64,000 nucleotides of DNA from Auanema rhodensis (taxonomy: Eukaryota; Animalia; Nematoda). Below, one piece after another: positions 12,328 through 26,417 of the stretch (position 1 is its first letter; each line of letters starts with the position of its first letter). Both the position numbers and the translations under genes were made by a program. The notes beneath the pieces were generated by a model. The model worked only from the letters and a program-made list of their open reading frames with translations. It was not told where the DNA came from and searched no databases. The stretch is taken from contig OZ059897.1 of the NCBI GenBank assembly GCA_964057225.1, forward strand, positions 12,276,001 through 12,340,000. Direction: 5' to 3'.

Positions 12328-15135
12328 TTAACCCATATTTTGCAAAACACTAAACGTGTGATTTCTTTCTACTTCTTCTGGAAGTTCTCTTCTTGATTCA
12401 AGAGCAAGAGTTACAGAAGCAAGGAAAGCAGGAACAGACTGCCGCTCGCCAATATATCTGAATAATACGCATAATAACCATAAGACTATCATAATTTGAA
12501 GATACCTTCTCATCTCATTTTCCCATGCATGTCCCTGCGAGTTCCAATTGGATTGTTCACCGGCATCTAGCAAATCAACTTGTTGGGATTCATAATCATA
12601 CTAAAATTAGTTTTTGTTTTTAAATTTTTTTCATTAGCTTGTTTAGTAAACCTTGAAAACGAATTGATTCTCAGATCCCTCGTACACACTATTTACATAG
12701 CAAATCCCTTCGTCAATATCTTTTACTTTAAATTGAAAACCAGAAAGTACGGTGACCATTGCTCTTAAATTGTAATCCTAAGATTTCTACAACAAAAGCA
12801 GAGCACGAAACCTATATTTTTTAGCGAATTCCGATAGGGTCGACTCGACGTGATTTTTTTCGTGTTCAGATTTAGCGAGTCTACATTTTAGAGCTTCGAC
12901 TTCTTCATCTCTGAAGCGTTTAGCGCTTTCATCGCACAAGGTATCATCCTAGTAAAAAACAACACTTTGTAATTCTATGATGAACCTACTGCTTTGCGCT
13001 TTCTTTCTTCAACGGAACGGAATGCCTCATGAGCATCTTGAAGTGGATTACGAGCCATGTGGAAAATCTTAACAATAGTATTTAACATAGTAATATTTAA
13101 TATTGTATACTTGAGTAGAATCACCAGCATCAGTCATTGTTTCGTTTCTCTGCTGTAATTGAACAATTGTTTGTTCATGAATAGAAACCAAATGTTTTGC
13201 CTTAAAAATAGCTAAAGTTGGTTGAAACGCTTTCAATTGAACTTCTTGCAACTCTTGAGAACATTTTTCTAACTTCTCTTTATTTTGATCAGCTTGGAAT
13301 GTTGATTCTTCGCAAAGGTTGCGTTGTTCTCGCAACACCCTGTAGAATAAAAGAAGTAATATTGCTGAAAAAAGAAACAAACTTTTCGTTTTGTTCAATA
13401 CGCTGCTTTTGTTGTGATACAGTTTCATTCAATAATTGGTTTTCATTATATCTAAATTTTTTTATTAGTAGAATATGAAACAAAATTAACTCACAAATTA
13501 TTATAACCTTGCCTATAATTTTCTTTTTCTACGTTCAGTTCTTCTATTTCTTTAATAGTTTCATTTAATCTGTGAAATGTAAAAAATATTAAAACTGAAT
13601 GACGATAATCGAATATACTTCAATTGAAGACTTTTCATACGATCAGCGATCACCATAGAACGCTCATGAGTAGTTCCCTCGGTTAATTCGAAAATATTAT
13701 TTGCGGCTGCAGTTTTATATGCAGATAGCTCAGCCTCAAAGCAAAATATAAATATTTAAAACCTTAATCTGGAATTACCAAACAGTCTTTTAGTTGCTCC
13801 TCTAGGGCTTTATTACGTTCTTCTAGCCCTCGCTTTTGCTCTTCAACCAATAAATATTTTTGAGCGCGACACCTTAAAATTTACATAAGTTTTTTCTAAA
13901 ATGGTATCGGGATATACGTTGCAAGTTTGAGACGTTCAGATAATTCGTTGTTAGCATTTTCCAGTCTTACAAGTTGTTCGTCCTTTTCGAAATCGACAGA
14001 AGTGTTGTAAAGAGTACTGTTGAAAATCGATGACTGCTCTAGCATACTAATTTCTGCCAATTGATAATAATAATCAAAGTCATAATAAATTCAAATACCA
14101 GGTTTAATAGGTGAAGGTGTGTCAATCATACGAGATTTTTTCGACATGAACGAATGAGGAATTGAATCTTGGGTACAATCGAAAGCAATGCTTTCTTCAA
14201 CGCAAGACTAAACAAATACTTAAAAAAATATTGGAAACCTGAGACATACTGTGGAATCTGGTTCATCCAAGCCCTGGAGAATATTATAATCTTGCACGGA
14301 CCCTTTTGTCAATTCATCAAGATCATCTAAAAAGTATCTCATAACAAGAGATAGAAGCTAAAACAAATTACCATTCTTAAACTCGGAAAACTTTAATTGA
14401 CCAGCATCCATTAGTTTTTTCTTATTCTCAGAATTCCATAAGTTATTAGTTTTTAAAATTTCTTCTGATTGCAATAATTGATCTCGAGCAGTATTGTACC
14501 AAATGAAATATTTTGAAGCAATATTGCGCCAATCGTCTCCTTGAGTAACATCTAAAATTGATGTCTGGCAACTTTGTAAAGTTGATATATCTTCTTCAAG
14601 CTCAAGTATCTGACGTTTTAAATCTGATTTATCTGCTCTTAAAGCTTCAATTTGACTAAGTAAACCCTGCAAAAAATAAAGAGATTACAACATTAAAAGC
14701 ATATCAAATACCTCGTTGCTCTCCTTGTATTCGGCACTACGGGCTTTATAATCTCTCAGCTGTCTATTTAAAACATTAATTTCATTTTCTTTTTCAGCAA
14801 GAGCGGATTTAGAAGCAGGTACTGAAATAATTATGGATAACTTACAATCATACATTGGAACGTACAAGTAGGACAGTCAAATGTGAATGTATCATCGAAA
14901 CTTAATTTCTTCTTTACCGAAGACATGGCAGGGACTCCAGGTACAACTGGTCTTCCTGCCTTTTCCGCTGCAGTGGGCGCCATTTTACGTAAATCTTCTC
15001 TTGCCTAATAAATTATATTGAAAATGAATTTTCAAATTATAAGCTTAGTCTATATACCTTCGCATTAAACATCATGGTAGCTTCTGTAACATTGTCATCT
15101 TCGTCTTCAACAACTAAATTTCGCCGAGCAAACAT
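12328..15135 (-). CDS. mdf-1: Spindle assembly checkpoint protein MAD1
   Basis: Long coiled coil, Mad2-interaction-motif-like IFHMARNPL, and an RWD C-terminus (YRAMVTVLSGFQF..VNSVY..FVFK..YIGERQSVPAFLASVTLAL) resembling MAD1 SIPAFLSSLTLEL. Confidence 0.88.
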
Positions 15136-15312
15136 TCTAAGATAAGTTAGTGAATTTAAGCAAAAAAAATCAAAATATAAAGTAATAACAGAGTAAAAAC
15201 TGGAAATATAACAAAAAAAATGAATAAACTTCACATATATAACAATGAAACAATAATTTGGATAGCCTACACTACACTTCTATAAATGATAATATGTACA
15301 ATTAACAGATTT

Positions 15313-15671
15313 CTAAATTTTAAGATTTTCTCTTATTTTTCTAGCTTCTTCGAAGGCCATTTGTTCCCTAAACAAACAATGTTTACCGACCTAATATGCT
15401 TCGGTGAATACCTCAAGAACTTTTCATATTCCTCTTTACGTTTTTGAACTAATAACTGTTCCTTGAATTTAGCTATAGCAACATCTCCTTCAGCACTGTC
15501 AGGAACTTTATAGCCCCTCATCTTAATGATGAATATCAGTAAGAACTTAAGGATAGGTGAGAAACTCACAAATTCTTTAAAAACGGAAGGTTGATTGAAT
15601 AGCCAGAACGCTCCTACAGGAAAAGCGATCATAAGAAAAAATCGAGCTGATTCGAGCTTCCATCCACCCAT
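15313..15671 (-). CDS. PET100: Cytochrome c oxidase assembly factor PET100
   Basis: MGGWKLESARFFLMIAFPVGAFWLFNQP matches the PET100 N-terminal signature. Two short introns; ends EQMAFEEARKIRENLKI*. Confidence 0.85.
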
Positions 15672-15882
15672 ATCTACCTGTGCTAAAATAATAAAGGGAT
15701 ATATACTTCACAAAATAAAAAATATTGAACAGCTCCTAACAGGGTTTAGAAGAACATGAAAATGAAAAATTGGTAAAGAATTTATCTCATACAGCAAAGA
15801 ATGAAAAAAATAAATATTTGAGAAATACCTTTGTATTTTTTCTACCCATAGCGAAAAAAACAGTTTTTAGTATTGTTAAAAA

Positions 15883-17734
15883 TTAATTATATATTTCATC
15901 ATCATCGTCAGATGAAAACATTTCCTCGTCTTCAACAAAATCCCTATCGAACTCGTCATCACTCTCCAGAATCTCGAAAAGGCGATTGAAACATGCTGCC
16001 TAGAAAAGCAAGATTTAAAATTATTTTGGAATACTATCCAGGGTTGTACTTCTCCATTTTCAGTAAAATGACTATATGGCATATTTTTGTCCAGTACTGC
16101 AGAGCAAAGCCAACAGAAGAACACGTCACATTTAATACAATGCATTTTATTACATCCTTCATTTTTCTATAAAACGTTGATTTTAATAAAGACTATACTT
16201 CAAATTATGAACCTCAATATGAACATCACAACGAGGACATTTTCTACTATTGGAATCAATCCAAACTTCACTTTTAACGTTTTCGACCGCAATCTTAAGA
16301 CGTAACTTAGAAAACTTCACATTTAACTTGCATTACCTTAAACTGCTCCATTCCACCAAAGTAATTAGCCATTTTTGCTTTTTCTTCATCGCTTCCACTC
16401 TCCAAACAACTTACTAAGGCATTTTTATCCACTGCAACTAAGAATATATACTTATTTTAAAACAATCACAAACCTAATGTGAATTTACAATTATCTATTC
16501 CATGATATACACGACGACAGAGAATACAAAATGAAAATAAACACGATGGGCATGTAGCAAGGTATTTCGTTCTCGAAAAAAAATAAATTTCACTTATATA
16601 TTGAATTTACATCATACTTTTTTGAAATATCAGCGGGTTTCTGGCATCCTTGTCTAGGGCATGGTACGACATCTTTCAATTGGCTTAAAGCACTTTCCAA
16701 TAAAATTGTTTCGTACCTTTCATATTCATCCGTAAATCAGAAATATGAAAATATTAAACGGTAACCAAAACGTACTTCGCCAATCATTTCCTTAATAATT
16801 GGACACGCTGCAAGAGCATCACAACCACTGGAAAGACAGGTTAGAGCTTTCACCTGCAAACACGGTATTAAGTTATTTATTCAATAGGAAGCTACCTGAA
16901 CAGTTGACAAACGATTTTTATAATAGCTTCGTACGCAATCTTTACAGAATATATGACCACAAGGCATGAATTTGACAAAATTAGTACCCATATCGTTTGA
17001 GCAACAACTCTTGAAATATCATAAACGAATAGAAAAAGAACATTTTAAAAACTTACTTCACAATCAAAACATTGCGTTGCAAAAATGCGACTATCAGCTA
17101 AATCACATTTATCCATAAGTTCTTTTAGCTTAGAATCGGAACATTTCTGTTAAAAAAGAAACATAAAAATTTTTAAAAACAAGTTGAGCATACGTTATCT
17201 TTCCACAGAATTAGATGATTAACATCGAAAGTTGTAGTAGTTTCCGTAATATCTTTCACGAAATCTAATACAGCCTCACAACAAAAATATAGAACAGGAA
17301 ATTGAGCATTAGACTCGCAAACTTCTTTAAGTTTTTGTTGTATACTACATATCTTTAAATAAAAAATGTTTAATAAGAAGAAGCAATAACCGAACCATTT
17401 CTTTGTTCATCCAATCACATGAAATACTAAGTTCAGGTGAAACTTCGGGATAAGATTCAGATAAATCAAAATTCAAAATCACAGGAGATAATGCGGCAAC
17501 TTGGTATATTTTCTCCCCTACAAAAAATGATGAACTATATAAACTATATATACATATTTACATATATGAATTACCTCCATCAATATTCGCTTTCAATTTG
17601 AAAGTTTTATTCAAATTTGTAATTTCCACATTAATAGAACCGGTGACTGAAGAACTATCCAGATCATAATGTACATTTTCTTTTTCATATACCGAAACCA
17701 AGCCATCAAGTTCTGCAAGCTGATCCTCATTCAT
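15883..17734 (-). CDS. RNF14: RWD + RBR (RING-IBR-RING) E3 ubiquitin ligase, RNF14/ARA54-like
   Basis: MNEDQLAELDGLVSVY and YPEVSP (RWD), CGHIFCKDC (RING1), CPSCLFSFCILC (IBR), CPRC..EKNEGCNKMHCIKCDVFFCWLC (RING2). Confidence 0.85.
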
Positions 17735-17870
17735 CTACAGAGAAAGAAATAAACGAATACAGAATATGAGGAGAAATCAAGGATTCAAGCCCTGTGATAT
17801 AAGAAAAAAATTCATTGGATTATGGGATTATTCGATTCATAATATTTAACAATGTTAATTACAAGGTGAA

Positions 17871-18420
17871 TTACTGGAACGTTTTTTTGCTATGCAGATC
17901 CTTTAATATTTCATCTAACTCGTCGTCTTCTAACTTATTTTCCAATGAAGGAATTAGAGCCTAAATACAAAACGATTCAAATGTTAAAAACATTATCAAA
18001 CTTTTGCTTCTTCTGCAGTTTCAGGGCATAAATTCGCAATCTGCGCAACTTCAAACTTATGCAACGGTTTACCGGCAAATATGGCTCTCACTGCTCGAAT
18101 TGTTTCACGATTTTTAAAGCGAGACAGTCTACGTGCGTAATTAAGTGTTTTGATAAAAACCTGAAACAAATTAATAACTCGAAAATTACACTAGGGGAAA
18201 GATACTTCGCTCATTTCTTCAATTTCATCTTTCTGTTCACTCTGTTGTCTACGATGTTCCAATAGAAGGAAAACTTCGGAGGTAAGAAGAGCATCACATC
18301 CAGCAGATTCAAATTCTTAAAAGATATGAAATGGTGATATTAATTATATGAAACTTTGCCTTTAGGGAATTTCATTTCAGTGGCATCTTCCTCCACAATT
18401 TCTTCATTTGGGGCACTCAT
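17871..18420 (-). CDS. rpb-4: RNA polymerase II subunit RPB4
   Basis: [66 protein letters not shown]. Confidence 0.97.
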
Positions 18421-19135
18421 CTATAATATGAGTATTCAAATTTTTTTAAAAATAAAAATGAAATAAATTATTGTGATGAAGCATGAGAATTATATATATA
18501 TATATACATATTAGTCTTTGTTTCTATATGAATTTTAAATTACATAATGTTGTGCAATAACAGTAAATACAGAAAGTGCGATTTTTGATAATGATAAGCA
18601 ACTGGTATTAATTAGTAAATTCCAACCTTGATTCTTCTTAACTAATTATTAATAAACCAATTTTTCCTCTTCCGATACCTCTGGCGAACGCTGAGATTCC
18701 GATGAGCCGAATTATACAGATATTTTTTAAAATTCAATCGTATTAAAGGTCTAAATGGCAAAGGAGCATATTATAATCCAACCCATAGCTCTTTAAAAAG
18801 ATGTTAAAAAGGAAATTTTGGAATATATTCGCAATGTCTAGGATTGAACATAATAACAATGCATAAACCAAATTTATACAATTTATTTTATAGAAATATG
18901 AGCGACACTCTTATTAGAACTTTGATTTCTGATTAACCCGGTTTGTGTAGTTCTTACTATTTTACGTCATTAAGTAAGCTATATCTTTCTAACATAGTTT
19001 ACACATTATTAAGAACCAAATGTGACTATATTATGAAAATCTTGAAAACATTTATAGTGCAGTCCATTAAGAAATCCATAGTCTTGGTGTTAGTATAAAG
19101 CAAATGAGCAAGAATATCATTCATCATTTCTGTTT

Positions 19136-19149
19136 GTTTCCTAGGCAAC
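19136..19149. promoter_or_regulatory. Candidate X-box (RFX/DAF-19 site)
   Basis: GTTTCCTAGGCAAC is an imperfect palindrome fitting the RFX half-site pattern, upstream of the cilia-related gene pdl-1. Confidence 0.4.
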
Positions 19150-20331
19150 AGCTTACGCTTTGCTTTTTAAGGCAGTCAGCTCGTTCGATTCTCGTCCGCC
19201 TATTTCCTCACGCTCTTCTCCGCTTGGCGCTGCCATTTGAGCATGTTAGCTTGAGCATTTAACGTTTCCGCATCAATATTGTTAGCTTGAAATGAAATCC
19301 TAGAAAAGTAATCATATTTTAATGAGAGGATCAAATGCTTCTTAATGTGATTCAGTTAAATTGAAATGCCTATGTCTAGAATTGTAATAGATTTATAAGC
19401 CTTTTTTTATTCATATAGGTTTTATCTAACATTATGATATTCTATTAAATTTTCAAGCCATTTTAGCTGTAACACTCTACTGTTCCCGTTGTATGAGCAC
19501 CTTGTTATTTAAAGAACCATTGAACGTAACATTCATCCGTGCTGCTTTGCTTGCAATACTTGGTTTTCTTTTCCCACTTCTATCCAAGCTGAGTTTACAT
19601 TGATTCATTGCCGGAATTCCGGACAGTGATGTAAGAATCCGGTTTAAGTTCGTCTGTCGACACCTCTGTTTGACCAGTTTTGAGTGACCGCAGTCCTTAT
19701 ACTGCCGGTTTCAAACTTCAATTACTCCTGACGTACGTTCTCGTTCAGCCTCTTGTTCGTTTTTTCTAAATTTAGCCTGCTATTTCTAAACCTTACATGT
19801 TGTTGTTGTTATTATTGTTTTCAACGTTTGCTGTATTAGCTATGTAAACGTTTATGGTCACGACCATTGAACCTGAAAGCTGACCCAAAACTAAGAAGAT
19901 ACGAAAGACATTGATGTATTCTATCTTCTCAGTTCTTATTTTTAAAATTGCCGCTGTCCTTCTTCTCTCGTTTCATTTTTCTTTAGGCATGTCAAGCTAA
20001 GAGTAATCATTCAGCCTATTCAGTGCTCCTCAAACTCTTCCCTTATTCCTTGCTCATACAATACGATTGATGAGAATTTTTTTAGTTCCTCAAATTCACT
20101 TAAATTTTCATTTCAAAATATACATGGATAAGTACATATAAATGTATGTATATTATTTGAATTCAAGAATTACTTATATTACCAATAAAGCCTCATATCT
20201 CCAAATGGTTATTTATGTTCTTAGTCGCTTAATATTAGCTAAATTTCCGAACATATGTCGTGAAATCATTAAATATTTAAATAGAGCTTATTTATAATTA
20301 ACATATAGATATAGATATATTTCTAGCCATC

Positions 20332-21937
<1,606 letters not shown>

Positions 21938-22354
21938 TGGCTACATGAAACAGACATCGATAACAAATATTCAACATTTTTGATCTCGTATTTAACTCTT
22001 GATTTCGCTAATTAAACCTTTTTAACTCTGCACAATATTGATATAACGTAATTTAAAATAAATATTTCGTACGTAAGCCTGCTCCAACGAACTGAGGTAC
22101 TGTAGCCTTCAAACCAAGAGCCTGATGATGAGTCATTGTGCTCTAAGGTGTTTCCATTAAAATATTGAAAATTTCTTACAATAGTGTATTAAAAATATTT
22201 GCATGGTAGCTTCACGTTGAGTTTTCTTCTGTTAAGAAAGAAGGGTCATAAGTTCTCGCTATGTTTTAGTTTGTTCTTTCTTAAATATTCTTTCGTTATT
22301 CTGTTTCATATTATTTCTCTGTTCTTAAGCGTAAATTCAAGGTTTTTACCAATT

Positions 22355-25300
22355 ATGTGGCGTTCAACTGTAGGAGTGAAGCCTCCTGTACCTGTTAAGC
22401 CAATTCAAGATGATGATGACTGGGAAACAGACCCAACTTTTGAGGTATTCTTTGTGGTGATACTACCCTCATGCTTATTTTGTTAAGAACGATCTCACAG
22501 AGAAAGAGACTCGTTGGGGTTCGAAAACCATAGAAGGCTCCGGCCATCAAGGCAGTATTAATTTAGAGCAGTTACGAAAGGATGCTGTTGATTCCGATAA
22601 AGCTAATCAGGTTAACATTTTGGTTTATTGATATATCTCAATTATTTACAAGCTTATTGAAACAAATAATGAAAAAAAGAAAAGAAAACGTTCAATATTC
22701 TTTGGGATTGGTTTACTATGACATTTAAGGAGAAAAAAATGGAAAACATGCCAAAGCCTAGTGAAGGATACGGCGGAAAGTTTGGAGTGCAAACTGATCG
22801 AATGGATAAAGCTGCTGAAACATTTGATTATAAAGGACAGGTTGCCGCTCACGCTTCTCAAAAAGATTATGCTGTTGGATTTGGAGGCAAATATGGCGTA
22901 CAAACTGATCGAAAAGATAAATCAGCTGTTGGATGGGAAGATCGAGAAGCTCTCTCCAAGCATGACAGCCAAAAAGGTAGTTTAAAAATAAGAAATCGCA
23001 ATTCATACTTGTATTGTTTTCATCATTTAAGATTATGCTGTTGGATTTGGAGGCAAATATGGCGTACAAACTGATAGAAAAGATAAGTCAGCGTCTGGTT
23101 GGGAAGATCGTGAAGCTCTTTCTAAGCATGACAGTCAGAAAGGTATTTAAAAATATGAAATCGCAATTCATACTTGTATTGTTTTCATCATTTAAGATTA
23201 TTCTATGGGATTTGGTGGAAGATATGGTGTTCAAACAGATAGAATAGATAAGTCAGCGTCTGGCTGGGACGAAAAAGCCGAATTATCCAAACATGAAAGC
23301 CAAAAAGGTTAGTATTTTTCATATATATATTCATTAGCTATTTTTTGAACGAATGTCTTATATTTTAATAGTATTATTAAAATACTGATTAATAAAACAT
23401 AGATTATTCAATCGGCTTTGGTGGTCGTTTTGGCGTTCAACATGACCGTCAAGATAAATCAGCTTATGGGTTTAATGAAAAAGTTATACTTCATACTCAT
23501 GAAAGCCAGAGAGGTTTAAAAATTTAAAGATTTGTTTCTCCTTGTGTGATGTGTTTAACAAGTGTGTCTGTAATTCTTCACTCCTCAAATAAGATTTAAT
23601 TATCTTTCCTTATGTTTTCTTTATTTACCAAATCTAAGCAATAAGATGACAATAAATGTCAACAGTGTTATTTTGAATACTACTGTTGATTTGTTGATCT
23701 TATTGCAATCAGTTATGTAATATTGATTACTCAGTGTTTGCATTTAGATGCTGCTTCCGGTTATGGAGGAAAATATGGCGTTCAGAACGACAGGCAAGAT
23801 AAGTCCGCTGTAGGGTGGGAGGAACGAGGAGAAGTGCGTCCTCATGAAAGCCAAACAGGTGTTTAATTATTAATTTTTTGCGTTTATGTTCTTTTCTTAG
23901 ATTATAAAAAAGGATTTGGAGGTAAATTCGGAGTCCAAGAAGATAGAAAAGACAAATCTGCCGTAGGATGGGAAGATAGGTCTGATCTTAATCAACATGA
24001 AAGTCAAAAAGGTAGGATATATCATTTCATTTTATTCGAATATGAATTATCGTTTAGATTACAAGAAAGGCTTTGGTGGCTCTTTTGGAGTTCAGCAAGA
24101 TCGACAAGACAAATCAGCAGTTGGGTTTGAGTACCGTGAACAGTTATCGAAACACGAAAGCCAGCAGCATAATAAAGGTAAAAATTACCTAATCATTATT
24201 ATTCCCATTTTCAAATTTGAATGACATTATTAAATTCCAGCCTTTAATCCCAAGGATAATCAGACTCGTGAGAATGATCCTAATATTTCTTCTCCCGATC
24301 CTAGTCCTAAGCAATTTGTTCCTGAAAAGGGTCGTGCTTCGAATCTTAGAGCAAGGTTTGAACAATTAACCACTGGCAATGTAAGTTCAATATAATTCTT
24401 TCAAGTATTTCATGGTCTTTTAGGACCAGGATAAGGTTGAGGCTGAACGTGATAAAAGACGTAAAGAGGATGAAGCTTTACGTCAAAAACAAGCTTTAGA
24501 AGAGGTTTTCAAAGCTTTTTGTTAAATTCCATAATTTTATTATTTAAGGAAGAAAGGCAACGGCGCATTGCTGAAACCTGGAAACATCAAGACGAAAATG
24601 GTGCAGTTGAAGAGGAGCAACCACGCGAACCTCAATTGGTTGGCAAATTGTTTTTTTCCGGGGTCTATGTTTAAAAATTTAGGTGCCTCCATCACGACGA
24701 TCAGGACCTGTTGCTGGCGCAGTACAAATTCCTGGTTTTTCAGCTCCAGTTTCATCTGTTGCGCCTGTAGAAGAGAAACCTACTAAAATTGAAGATCCTA
24801 CTCCTACACAAGCCCCAATCCCCGTATTTCCTTCTACTGCAGTACCCACTGCTGGAGCTAGTTTGTTTGCTGTGAAGAAATAATCTTTACACTTTTTTTC
24901 AGGCTTTAAGAATACAGTGCGACAACAACCTTCTACAGATGATGAAGGAGCTGATGATGCGGATTGGGAAAACGTAGATGAACCACCCGTAATTGCTAAG
25001 ATTCAACCAACGGAAATTATTGATAAATATGACACTGTTCCTACAGAGGAGGTTGTTAACTTTTGTTATTTTTTAAATTTATATTGAATTTCAGCCTATT
25101 CTACCTTCTTCGCAACCTCCAGCTCCCCAAAGCTTGCCTCCCCAATATGATTTTGTACCAGCAGATGTTCCACCTCCTGCTCCAAGCAATATAGGCGAAC
25201 GTTACGACACTGTTCCTACAGATTATGCACCACCTGAACCCGCTCCACAGGTATTTTTATTAGTACTTCAACATCAAAATAATCTATTCCAGGCCCCGCC

Positions 25301-25499
25301 TGCTCCAGCGCCAACTACACCTGCTAAAGGATTAAGCGCCATTGCATTGTATGATTATCAAAAACAGGATGATGATGAAATAAGCTTCGAACCCAATGAG
25401 ATCATTACTAATATAGAACAGATTGACGCTGGCTGGTGGAGAGGACAATGTAATGGTCAATTTGGCCTGTTCCCAGCTAATTATGTAGAACTACAATAA
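22355..25499 (+). CDS. CTTN: Cortactin (acidic N-terminal DDWET motif, 8 cortactin repeats, coiled coil, Pro-rich region, SH3)
   Basis: [24 protein letters not shown], eight [17 protein letters not shown] repeats, and a C-terminal SH3 [21 protein letters not shown]. Confidence 0.95.
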
Positions 25500-25648
25500 C
25501 TAATTAACTAAGTATCTTACATGTAATTATCACTTTTATATCTATGTTTGTCATTTGCTACTCATGTATCCGGTAAATATTTGTACTTAAATGTTTAGAA
25601 AATTAATCTACATTACAAATCTAGTTGCAAGGTTACAACATAAATTAT

Positions 25649-26253
25649 CTAGCGGTATTCTCCATAGCGTTGCTTGTGGTTTCCCCAATATTCTGGATCA
25701 GCCACAGAATCAGATGGGATACCTAATTCCTCATCAGTGAACTCATGAAGATGAGGCATGTACCAATGACCCTAAAAAATATTTTCAAATATTATAATAA
25801 ATTGATACATACAAGAATATGGCCAGAATGGTAATACATATGATAGGTGAACCAAGCCCAGATAACAGCAGAGATGAAATAAGTAAGACAACGGTCAATA
25901 TACGTTCTGCCCATAGTAGGAGTACGGTAGAAATAACTAAAATAAAAATATATATGTATGAAAAAAACTCGCTTAGTACTCAGGAATAGGTTTATCTCCC
26001 TTAGAAAGGGTACCACGATAATCTCCATCAAAAGTGTGAAGTTCTGGGTTTTCGCTAGCTCCCATTCTTCCTCCTACGGGAACATTAGGCCCGATAGCAT
26101 CTTCTCCCCATGCCATACGAGTTCTTAATTTTAAATATTACAACTTTCAAAAGATGTTGAGTACCTTAATGCTCCCAAAGTAGATCTACCTCCAATGGTT
26201 CCGCGAAGTTTAAGCTGATGAGCAGCAATAGAAAACAAACGCTGTCCCAACAT
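25649..26253 (-). CDS. NDUFB2: NADH dehydrogenase 1 beta subcomplex subunit 2 (NDUFB2/AGGG)
   Basis: Mitochondrial presequence exon MLGQRLFSIAAHQLKLRG, one TM segment, then HILGHWYMP..FTDEELGIP signature. Confidence 0.88.
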
Positions 26254-26417
26254 CTGTTACGACAAATTATTGGAATATAATAAAAGCAATTGCAATAAAT
26301 ATAGCTCAGAATAAAACTGATCCAAATAATTAAAACTACTACGTTGCTAATATTCATAGAACAACAAAATTCATAACAATGATTCAGTAACAACAAAACA
26401 ACTGTAAAAATAACAAA

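Noticed and set aside
12470-12520. C-terminal TM/KASH segment in the coiled-coil protein
   Set aside because: The hydrophobic stretch is a translated intron. The spliced product is the MAD1 RWD domain.
26210-26240. Hammerhead-like CTGATGA..GAAA (also near 11915-11937 and 22122)
   Set aside because: No proper stems II/III. The first lies in a coding exon.
26166-26396. Cys-rich 76-aa ORF in the track
   Set aside because: Overlaps NDUFB2 exon 1 in another frame plus AT-rich intercistronic DNA.
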